IMG/VR virus record: IMGVR_UViG_3300014208_000004
Span: 30,260-94,259 of that record
Direction: 5' to 3' (one strand)
Origin: a virus
DNA: 64,000 bases
How positions within the stretch are numbered: the stretch's first letter is position 1; every line of letters begins with the position of its first letter. Under the pieces are notes generated by a model that searched no databases, had not been told where the DNA came from, and saw nothing but the letters and a program-made list of their open reading frames with translations. A program made the position numbers and the translations under genes. Of this stretch, positions 40,132 to 50,500 are shown piece after piece.

Positions 40132-41792
40132 AGTATTACGGAACCGCTACGTACGACAAAGAACAAAATCAATACCTTATCAAATGCGAACCTCATGTAA
40201 CAATGAGACTCAAAAGAGTATTTGGCAAGATAGGTGAAAGTAGCCAGGGGGAACACCGCATCAGTGCCAACGAAGACAACAGCCGAGATTTACTTTGGTT
40301 CATGGATCGATACCCATTGCAGATGGAGCCGAGCCAATTACAAATGTTAAACCTACTCAGTGACCAGAGTAAACAGACAGAAATATATCTTGACAATTTC
40401 TACAAAGAAAAATTCCATGCATCAGTTGCACCATTAGCAGTCCCAGCCTATCAATTCCAGAACGAGGCAGCATCCATGGGATTACGGATGAAAGGTTTAC
40501 TATTAGCCGATGACTTAGGACTAGGGAAGACCGTTTCTTTTATCGCATTATTAACGAACCGAGAAACACTCCCAGCAGTAGTTGTACCGCTTGCACACCT
40601 TCCCCAGCAATGGTATGACATGATAAAACAATTTGCACCACATTTGAGAGTGCACATTGTAAAGACAAAATCAGTTTACAAAATAAAACCACACGATGTA
40701 TACATAGTCAATTATCACAAACTATCAGGATGGGCAGAGACATTTGCAAAGATAGCAAAGACCGTATGTTTTGATGAGTGCCAAGAACTCAGGAGACAGG
40801 GAAGCGCAAAGTATATTGCCGCAAAATATCTATCAGCCAATACGGAATTCCACATGGGATTATCGGCAACCCCGATATACAACTATGGAGGAGAAATATT
40901 TAATGTGCTGGATGTGCTCAGTCCCGGAAAACTCGGATCAAGCCAGGAATTTGAACGGGAATGGTGCACCAGTGTATTTGGAAAACAAACATTGAAAGAC
41001 CCAGTAGCATTTGGAAACTATTTAAGAAATAGCGGATTGATGTTACGAAGAACAAGAAAAGAAGTGAAGCGAGAAATCCCACCCGTTCAAGTATTCAACC
41101 AGTACGTTGATGCAGACCTAAATGCGATCCAAGAAGTAGAAAGCAACTGTTTAGAACTTGCTCAATTCATTCTCTCAGGAACAGAAGTAAACCGAGGGGA
41201 CAAGATGAGAGCAAGCGAGGAATTTGATATGCGATTACGGCAAGCCACGGGAATAGCAAAAGCCCCGCACGTAGCAAACTTTGTACGTATCCTTATTGAG
41301 AACGGGGAAAAAGTTTTACTCTTTGGATGGCACAGGGAAGTATATAAAATTTGGAATAGACTTCTCTTTGATGTTAATCCCGTCATGTATACAGGGAGTG
41401 AAAGCCCGAAACAAAAAAATGAATCAAAGGAAGAATTTATAAACGGTAAAAGCCAACTGATGATAATGAGCAACCGATCAGGAGCGGGAACCGATGGACT
41501 ACAAAAAGTATGCAAGACAGTTGTAAACGGGGAACTTGACTGGAGCCCAGGAGTACACGAGCAGAACCTTGGAAGGATAGCACGGGACGGACAAGAATAT
41601 CCAGTGATAGGATACAACCTAATATCGAAGCACGGTTCAGACCCAGTTATTGCGGATATCATTGGACTGAAAAAATACCAAGTAGAGGGAATTCGTAATC
41701 CTGATAAACCCTTGGTAGAAAAATTGCAAGCCGATCCGTTACACATTAAAAAATTAGCCCAGCAGTATCTTGAAAACCATTTGAGGAAATAA
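40128..41792 (+). CDS. SNF2-family helicase/translocase
   Basis: LLADDLGLGKT, FDECQ, LSATP, LRR, GTDGLQ, DWSPG..EQ..GRIARDGQ. Confidence 0.9.
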   Translation: MKYYGTATYDKEQNQYLIKCEPHVTMRLKRVFGKIGESSQGEHRISANEDNSRDLLWFMDRYPLQMEPSQLQMLNLLSDQSKQTEIYLDNFYKEKFHASVAPLAVPAYQFQNEAASMGLRMKGLLLADDLGLGKTVSFIALLTNRETLPAVVVPLAHLPQQWYDMIKQFAPHLRVHIVKTKSVYKIKPHDVYIVNYHKLSGWAETFAKIAKTVCFDECQELRRQGSAKYIAAKYLSANTEFHMGLSATPIYNYGGEIFNVLDVLSPGKLGSSQEFEREWCTSVFGKQTLKDPVAFGNYLRNSGLMLRRTRKEVKREIPPVQVFNQYVDADLNAIQEVESNCLELAQFILSGTEVNRGDKMRASEEFDMRLRQATGIAKAPHVANFVRILIENGEKVLLFGWHREVYKIWNRLLFDVNPVMYTGSESPKQKNESKEEFINGKSQLMIMSNRSGAGTDGLQKVCKTVVNGELDWSPGVHEQNLGRIARDGQEYPVIGYNLISKHGSDPVIADIIGLKKYQVEGIRNPDKPLVEKLQADPLHIKKLAQQYLENHLRK

Positions 41793-41981
41793 ATGACAAT
41801 CGATAACAAATATGAAATAACCCAGACTGTTTATCTAAAAACAGATTTACAACAAGCCCCATGCATAATAACACAAATAAATATTAGAGAGAAATATATT
41901 CTATACGAAGTAGCACACGGGACTACAAATTCATAGCATTACGAATTTGAGATTCAGCCAGAAAAGCAATTTCTAAAATGA
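41793..41981 (+). pseudogene. small phage gene interrupted by an in-frame TAG (41934-41936)
   Basis: MTIDNKYEITQTVYLKTD...GTTNS*HYEFEIQPEK; the downstream TGA overlaps the next ATG (ATGA). Confidence 0.6.
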
Positions 41982-42443
41982 ACGACCTTAGCAAATATAC
42001 CGATGATGAACTTCTCAATGAATTACAACAGAGGGCAGAGAGAAGAAATGAAGAAACACCAATTAAATGTTGTGATGAATGTAAACACTTCAAACCATAC
42101 AAAGGAATAGGATTAAATGTTCCAGACACATACAATGCATGTTCCAAGGGACATAAGATGTCATTCAGACAACCAGCCAATCCAGTAGATGACAACTGGG
42201 GATATTATAAACGAAGTTGTAAAGACAGAGAGGAGCCAAGCGATGACCGAGAAAATGAAATTCCTAAAACGTATTCAATACGTTTACATAATACTGAGTG
42301 ACCGATTAGGACACATTTTGTGCAAAACAGGTTTACATAAATATAAACTTGAATCACAATACTACAAAGGCGAAACACATCCATTTAACTTTAGATGGAA
42401 ATGCAAAAGATGTGGACACTACCATTGGGAATGGGTTTTCTAA
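41978..42443 (+). CDS. two small Cys-rich proteins (41978-42301, about 42243-42443)
   Basis: CDECKHF..CSKGH; LCKTGLHKY...CKRCG. Confidence 0.5.
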
Positions 42444-42488
42444 AAAATTAAAATGTTACCACCAAACAAAAATAAGACTTGAACAAGA

Positions 42489-42893
42489 ATGAATCACGCA
42501 CAATCATTGATACCATTCCAACCCACGGGAATAATTAAGACAATGCCAATGGAATTTTTTGATACCTATGGGATGGAAAGATTTATCCGAGAATTCTACA
42601 CCAACCCGAACAAGAACCACGATTCATATTTTATGTTCACACTCTCAGGCCAGCCAAAATATGAAGTATTATATTTCTATTTACTATTTGATGGAGCAAT
42701 ACGATACAGAGCAAACATAATTCAATTCCGGGGAGAGGCAACATATGCATTCCCTAAAGGGAACACAATTCACGGAAAGGCATGGGTAGATATTGGAGCA
42801 CCAGTAATTAAATTCAACGAACCAATCCCAATGAAAGGCTTTCAGGGATTTAGGTATACAGATGGATCATTTGAAAGGAGAACAAAAATATGA
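42489..42893 (+). CDS. PUA/ASCH-like protein
   Basis: C-terminal PIPMKGFQGFRY motif. Confidence 0.55.
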   Translation: MNHAQSLIPFQPTGIIKTMPMEFFDTYGMERFIREFYTNPNKNHDSYFMFTLSGQPKYEVLYFYLLFDGAIRYRANIIQFRGEATYAFPKGNTIHGKAWVDIGAPVIKFNEPIPMKGFQGFRYTDGSFERRTKI

Positions 42894-43312
42894 TACTATA
42901 CACCGAAGCCGAGGGACAATACTTCCAGAAGTTACCGTTCACAATGAAACGGAAAACATTACTACGAATATTAAACAAAGCACGGAATAGCCAACGTCAA
43001 TTCAGAAGATTAACAGAACAGGACAGCTATTTTCGATCAAAAATTTATCCAGTAGTAATACTAATAAACGGAGAATTATATACAGTAGCATCAGTCCTAT
43101 TCAGCAACTTCACACGATGGGATTATATGTCAGGCAGAAATGAAACGCAATCCGAACCATTCTATAAAACCCATAAACAATACCGTAAAAAGATGTGGAA
43201 GCGAAACAAACAAATTCCTACAGATCAATATATTTTAGAACGTCAACAGGAAGCAAGCGCAGAATTGAAAAAAGCACTTGAGATAGGATGGGAGACAAAA
43301 GTAACTGTTTGA
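42890..43312 (+). CDS. hypothetical protein
   Basis: AAGGAG SD, ATGA overlap. Confidence 0.55.
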   Translation: MILYTEAEGQYFQKLPFTMKRKTLLRILNKARNSQRQFRRLTEQDSYFRSKIYPVVILINGELYTVASVLFSNFTRWDYMSGRNETQSEPFYKTHKQYRKKMWKRNKQIPTDQYILERQQEASAELKKALEIGWETKVTV

Positions 43313-43339
43313 ATATCCCAACCTAAAAATGTATATTTG
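43308..43339 (+). promoter_or_regulatory. FCB-type promoter TTTG-N20-TATATTTG
   Basis: Consensus match heading the 43360-43729-44552 unit. Confidence 0.55.
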
Positions 43340-43359
43340 AACAACCAAAAGGACAACCA

Positions 43360-43713
43360 ATGTTCAATATTCCAATAGTATGTGTACCCGAGATACCCAA
43401 AGGAATAGCACTACTTGCTTACCCAACAAAAAACAGTATTGAATTTCACAACGGGAAAATAACCGTCACAAAAGAATTTCAGGAAGTAGCCAGAATAATA
43501 AACATAGGAGAAAATACAGAAATGCTTCCCACACCTTCAACCGCTTCGATAGAACAAATAAGATTAAAGCAAGACGAACTCGAAAAAGCAAAGGAACAAA
43601 GATGCACTTGCTCAGGAGTATCCATGGAATTCAACAAGACTTGCCAGTGTGATCGAGGAAAGATAGTCAAACAATTGGAAACCGAACTCACAGAATTATT
43701 AAAATCTTTATAA
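43360..43713 (+). CDS. hypothetical protein
   Basis: AAGGA SD; CTC..CQC. Confidence 0.55.
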   Translation: MFNIPIVCVPEIPKGIALLAYPTKNSIEFHNGKITVTKEFQEVARIINIGENTEMLPTPSTASIEQIRLKQDELEKAKEQRCTCSGVSMEFNKTCQCDRGKIVKQLETELTELLKSL

Positions 43714-43728
43714 CCAGAGGACACCACC

Positions 43729-44526
43729 ATGGAAGAAAACTTCAAAAAACTTTCCGAAAGATTAAATATTCAACTTGCAGCAATTGCAGTTGAAGTAAAA
43801 TTATTAGTCAAACATTCCGAACTTGATACCGCCAATATTGGATTCACACCAAACCAAAAAGAAGTAGTTGGAGAGATGAAAGCAAACATTATGCTTTCAT
43901 ATCGACACTTGGAAGATGCACATCACAGACTTTCACGAGTGCAGGAACTTCATTCAACGATAGAGACATACTATCCAACAATGCATCCTGAAGAAAGTTC
44001 AGAATTAGAAGAAAGCACAGAATTAAACGACTTACTATTCAGCCAAAGATTCTTCGAAGGGAAAATTGATGGGGAAGGAGTAATTGTAGATTCGTTAATT
44101 GGCAAACCAATAAAGTACGGAGATAAAGAAATTGGGATGATTGAATCAGCAATATTAATCGGTGAGATAATTCAGTACAAAGCACGAATTTATAAAAAAT
44201 CCGAAGAACTATTCAAATCAATAACCGAGTTTCCAAAGATATTTCCATCAATTGGATTTAGTATTGAAGAACCAATCTTGAATAAAAAAAGAAATATTGA
44301 AACAGAACAAAATTTCATTGTTGTCAATGGCAGAAAAATAGCATGGGATAAGGATGAAATATCCTACGAAACGTTAATGGTATTAGTGGGATATAAAATC
44401 GATGATATTGTAAGCGTAACATTTAGTAGAGGATGGATTCCAAGCGAAGGGATTCTTTATCCTAATAAAACAGTACCGACAATAACGGGGATGTCATTTT
44501 CTGCAGTCATTACAGGAAATGCATAA
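43729..44526 (+). CDS. multidomain protein: helical hairpin N-terminus and C-terminal bacterial ubiquitin-like (Multi_ubiq-type) domain
   Basis: IVVNGRK....DEISYETL..L....SVTFSRG...EGIL.P..TV....GMSFSAVITGNA. Confidence 0.65.
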   Translation: MEENFKKLSERLNIQLAAIAVEVKLLVKHSELDTANIGFTPNQKEVVGEMKANIMLSYRHLEDAHHRLSRVQELHSTIETYYPTMHPEESSELEESTELNDLLFSQRFFEGKIDGEGVIVDSLIGKPIKYGDKEIGMIESAILIGEIIQYKARIYKKSEELFKSITEFPKIFPSIGFSIEEPILNKKRNIETEQNFIVVNGRKIAWDKDEISYETLMVLVGYKIDDIVSVTFSRGWIPSEGILYPNKTVPTITGMSFSAVITGNA

Positions 44527-44551
44527 TGATGTTAAATCCATAAAAAAATAA

Positions 44552-47500
44552 ATGAATCATATTTTCTTTGCCGAGCCAATCAGCAACGAAAAGATAATAA
44601 AAGGAACAATCCTACACACCACACAGCAACCAAACACACTTCCAGTATTAGCCAGCGAACACGAACACACGACAATAGAAAATAGAACTTATCTTTTAGT
44701 TGATAAACAACCCCTTGAATTTCTAGGTGCAGTCCCGAAAAAAAACTCAGGACTTTCCCGGATATTCAAGTCCATGAACACCATTGTAGAAATTACTGCA
44801 CTCAATGAAGTAATTGAAACAAGTACCAACTGGATACGCAAGGGCATCCAATGCAACAAGGGAATTATCATTAAAGTAGGAAAAGATATTGCAGTTGTAC
44901 GAGATCCAATTGGAAGCATCATTCCTTATAAAATCAGTTCATTACAACCAGTAGAAATACTGGACACCGATGCAATCTTAAAAGCCCATTCCTTTGCAAT
45001 TGAAATACAAAAGGCAATTGCAACAGGCCAGAACTTCCCTGGATTAAATCAGCAAGCAACCGAAGGAACGACCAAACAATTTGGAGTAAATGACACCCGC
45101 CGACTTGGGAGAGGCAAGGACGGTAAACTCAGATGGATGGATGCAGACGAATATGCAAAAGAAGTATCCAGCCGTCAGGGAAAACAACAACCAGCCCAGA
45201 CCACAAGACAATTCAAAGTAGGAGAAACAATTCACTTCAAAGGGGAAGAAGTAAAAGTTATCGATCATTCCGATAAAGTTGTGGCATATAAAAAAGCCGA
45301 TGGAAGCACGGGAACATTCGAAGCGAATTCATACAAGGAAGATTCCGAGGATAAGAACGCCGAGGGCAAAGCAAAAGCAATGACCCTTGGGAACTTCAAT
45401 GCAAAGAAGAAACCCGCCGAGGCCGCAAAAGAATTTGGAGAGAACAAGCCTTCAGCAATCAGCCACGAAGCACCCCCCAACGCATGGTATAAAGAACACC
45501 AACGGATCATTGACACGGAAACGGCAACGCCCGAGTACGAGGAATTTGTCAAGAACGCCGAAGCCAACGGTTACCATAAGAACGGAAACTTTGAGTATTC
45601 CAAAGAAGTGAAATACAAAGATACAGACGGAAATATTTCTATCAATAAGACCCTTGAACTTTCAAAGTTTTACAACACCGAAACAAAGAAAACAGACTTC
45701 AGCATTGATGGAGTGCAGACCAAGGTTACATATGATGGAAAAGAATATGACCTTGCAGATTTAGATGGAAAAGATTTATCTGGAATGACCATCAGAAACG
45801 AAGACGGTATTGAACAGAAAATCAATAAGTATGACTTGGATAAATACCAAGGCAATATCAAAATTGATGAGAATGGGAAAGCAACTATTATCCAGCAAGG
45901 AAAAGATATTGGAGAATTCATTCCAGAAGCAAATATCACTCAGGAGGATTTGCTAAAAGAAGGAACGCTCAAAATTATCGGGGATGAAATTTGGAAGCGA
46001 ACAAAAACCGGAGATGGAGTATCATTCAACGATACACTTCTAGGACGAGTGGATAAAGGCATTGCATTCTACAAACACGGAAACGAAGTGGGAATTGTGT
46101 CCGATGGATATACTACCAACATTGCAAACCGTAACAACGTACGAAGACCCAGCACTCAGGCCGTAAAAGATACCGAGATTCAAAAGCGCATAAGAAAAGA
46201 AACCGCCAAACTAAAAGAAGAAGGTAAATCACGGCAGGACGTTGACAGTGTTAAAGCACGGATCGAAATTGAAAATAGTCCTTCACTGGAAAAGAAGGGC
46301 AAGTCAATTGATACCGCAGACTATGAAGACGTAATCAATACTTTTATTCCCGACAAAGAAACCATAGCGCAAGTTGCGAACAGTTATGGTACGGAAGAAT
46401 GGAAAGCAAATATCAAAGCTCTGGCCGAGCAAATGAAAGTTACGGACGTTCAGAGGGCAAATGAAATTGATGCATTCAATAAAATGAGTAAGAACGGGAT
46501 ATTGAAAGATGCACCACAGGAGAGGAACGCTTCAGAATATCTTGACAGTGCCAAGGAGTTACTTGAGAATAAATATCGGGAATTCAAACGTGAACAGTTA
46601 AACGAAAAAATTTCATCCAGAAAACAAGGGGACACGAAAACAAAATTTGAACGTGGAGAACTTGCAGAGATACCGGTTAATGCAAAAGCCGTCAGTTCTA
46701 AAACAATGCGTATCCGAGATAGTGAAGAAAACACCTATCAAGTAACGTACGCAGTTGTACCAATGAATGATGTAATCCAGAGCCACGAAAGCACGGGAGA
46801 AGAACACGCCGACCACCCCAAGGAACTACAAGCGAGGAACCGTAAGACCGAAGGTTCTAAAAAACAAATGGGAGAAATTGCTTCACAGATTGATGAACGA
46901 GTGACCGAAGATTCAGCCGATGCAAACCGAGGAGCACCAGTTGGATATTCCAAGGATGGGAAAGTTTATATCGCTCAGGGCAACGGACGAACTGCAGGAA
47001 TTAAAGGTTCAACAGGAGATGCACGAGATACATATTTTGGATTGATGGTACGTAAGGCAGCAGAATTGGGAATGCGTACCAAGGACATCCAGCCCACGGA
47101 CATGCTAGTCAGAGTCTTGACACCGAAACACACCTATCAGGATGCAATCACTTTAGGAGCCGACCAAGACACGCCAGCAATGCCATACACAGAAGTAGAA
47201 CGAACTAGGGCTTTCCAAAATAAAAACCCGCAAGGACTTTTAGAGGCAGGACAAAATATTAATATGAAGTCCATTGGCAACAAGCCGATCAATGAAACAA
47301 ATGTTGCAAGTTGGATAAGTGACAACCCGGAAATCTATAAGAAAATACTTGCACAAACAGGAAAGCAACGAGCGCATATTGAAACCAGCCCAAAGTTACA
47401 AAGCGAGGCAATCAATATTGCGATGATGGCACAACTCAAACCAGACTTCATTGATGATATATCGGCACGGGACACCCGCACACACGACCTAGTAAAAACC

Positions 47501-50500
47501 GTCACGCCATCACTAGTAGAAAATCAGAAACTTATTGCTGAAGGAAAACTCCCAGAGAACGCCGACCTACAAAATATTTTTCACAACGTTATCAAAACGT
47601 ATGATTCAATTGACAGCAACACCAAGTCATTGATGAATATTAAAAATGGTCAAAGTGATTTTCTCAATGATGATGAGAACACCGCCGATGCAAACTCCCT
47701 ACTTCATAAAATGAAGCAAGAACATTTGTTCAGCACCACGGGGAAGGAAGAAAGCACATTCAGAGACCCGTTAAAGGTTATCGGAATGATTGCCTACCAA
47801 CAGGCAATGAAGCCACGGGATAACGAAGTAGCACGACAACAAGCATACACACAATACGCACTCAAAACAAAACGATTTGCCGAGGCAATCAAAACCCTAG
47901 ATACAAACCAATCGGATATATTTGGGAGCCAGTTAAACCCAGAGGAGCAAAAGAAAGAGAACAATAAAAAACTTATCCAGATTGCAGAACGAGTATTCCT
48001 TGAAAACAAACCCTACCAATCGGGGACGGAAGAACTATCAGCCGATGAACAAGAAGCAAGCAAAGAGCAATTTGCAAAATTCGATGTATACGGCAAGATG
48101 AAGAAGATCGCTGATAAGTACGGATTCAAACTAGTAGGAGAAGAAGAACCAGAGACGATCCTAAAGTCCATGGTAAACTATTTTCTCAATTATCGCTACA
48201 ACCGGGAAGTGAAAGAAATTCAATCCTTCATTGCGAAAGGGAAGCAACTTGGTCTATTCCCAGCAGTGCCAAAAGCACCAGCAACTCCCAAGGTTCCTTC
48301 AGCGACAAAACCAACCACAGGATTGAACTGGAATAAATCCCAAGGGCAGGAAAAACCAGGGCACAAATATTTACGGAGAGAAAAAGGCAAGAGCGGGAAA
48401 TGGGAATATATTTACGAGGAGCCGACAGGCAGACAATATGCCACGGATGAGAAGGGCACGGAACTTCCAAAGCATCGGAACTGGGAGCAAGGCACGGAAG
48501 TGATCCACAACGGGGAAAAAGTTTCCATCCATGAAATGAGCGATAACATTGTAGCACTCAAGAAAAAGAATGGAGACATCTATACCGCCAATGTGAAAGA
48601 CGTTGATACCTTCCATGGCCGACAGAAGAATTTACGCAAACAGATGACAGGATTGAACGTTTCCAAGCCAACACCAAAATGGGACGAACTCATACTGAAA
48701 TTGAATTCCGATCTTGAACAGGGAAGCAAGTCAGGACAATTTGAATTTGCAGACAACAAAGCGGAGTTAGAACGGAAAATAAAATATGCGGAAGATGAGA
48801 GAAATAAAATTAGACAAAAAGTGTCCAGAGAAGAATCAACGGAGAAGCCCACACCAGTAACCGAAACACCAGCATTTGATAATTCAAAAGATATTACTCT
48901 TTCTCATTTAGCAAACGATCTTAATGAAAAATATAAAATCGCTAAAGACATAGAATTTGAGATGTCTTTTTTTGATTTGCAAGATATAGAAGATGTAAAA
49001 AAAGGTTTTCAGAAAACATCGGAAGTGCTAAAAATTCCAATAAAAAAAGTTGAAGAACTATATTATTCAAGAAAAGAAACACATCAAAAATTAAAGGATA
49101 TAATTGCAAAAGATTTGAATAAAAACTACGGGACTAAACTTAAAAAGACAGATAGTGGTAATTATTATTACAAGTCCTCATTTCTACCACGCAGTGACAA
49201 TAAAATATTTTATAAACTTCTTGATCTACAGCAGAAACTTGCAAATGAAAAATCAAAAAAGTTTCTTAAAAATGAAAACATAAAAGTACAACTCAAAAAT
49301 CTTAAATCTATAGGAACTTCTTCAAAGTCTTCAAACTATTACCAATTTCCATCAGGTAAAACAATAAGAATAAGCGATCATTCCCCTGATGGCTATTGGA
49401 TTACCCAGCCAGGACACTCACATGATTATTATGTTGAAGTAAAATGGAACAGTGATTTGAATAAAGTTAAAGATGAATTATTTGATATATTAAAAACAGA
49501 AAACTTATTTGCTCTGAAGGAAAAAGATATTACAAAATCTTTCTTCCAACGCCTATTCCCAATTCTCAAATCCCAACTCGGAATGTTTGGAGTAAAATCA
49601 ACAAAGGGACTTCCATCAAAACAGAAGAAACAATTTAATCCCGATGTAAAATTTAACGAAGTTCAAGAAGGACAAACAAAGAACTTCAACGCGAACGACA
49701 AGCGAGTATTGAAGCGCGGAGCGTTTGGGAAAATGAGATGGTTCAACGCCGATGCAACGGAAGCACATCAACAAGGACTATTTGACAAGACCAAAACAGT
49801 TGACCACGTAAAGCATCAACAACACGTAGAGGAAGTTTCCCAAAAAATAGAAGACACCCATATAGATTCTCATAGTGGACAAAGCGACTATCAAATGACA
49901 GTTAAGCAAAAAGGTAAGGTTATTGCTAAACTTGAATATTCCGAATTTGAGAAAACTCCACATATTAATATGATTGAAGTATCAAAGGATCATCAGCGAA
50001 AAGGACTTGCTAAAAAACTCATTTACAACCTTCAAAAAAAATATCCCAACAAAACGATTCAATGGGGAATGATGACGGATGAGGGAAGCGCATTGAGAAA
50101 TTCTCTAAAGAAAACTTTTATTCAAAATCCAGAGTATAAAAAGTTAGCGGATGAATTAGAATTGTTAAGAAAAAAACAAAGCGAGATGCAAATACAATTT
50201 GATGACTTTACAGAGAACAGCAAAAATTGGAATAAGGAAGATCGAGAGAAAAAACGTCAAGAATTGCCAGATGATTCTTTTAATGAAATAACGGATAAGA
50301 TTTATGATATTGAAAAACAAATAGAGGATTTATCTGAAGGAGAAGAAATAATTGATACAGAAGAACCAAAACCCGATTTCCCAATGCCAGAACCGAAGGA
50401 GATAGTTGCAAAACCAGTCACAGCAGTCAAACTGAAAAACGGAGAAGTAGTAACAGATGATAAAGCAAAGATTCACGCTCAGATGGAAAATGTAAACTGG

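Noticed and set aside
41934-41936. Genome-wide TAG recoding
   Set aside because: Several genes end cleanly at TAG followed by a new SD or start (472, 4798, 19241, 62703), and long genes are intact in code 11.
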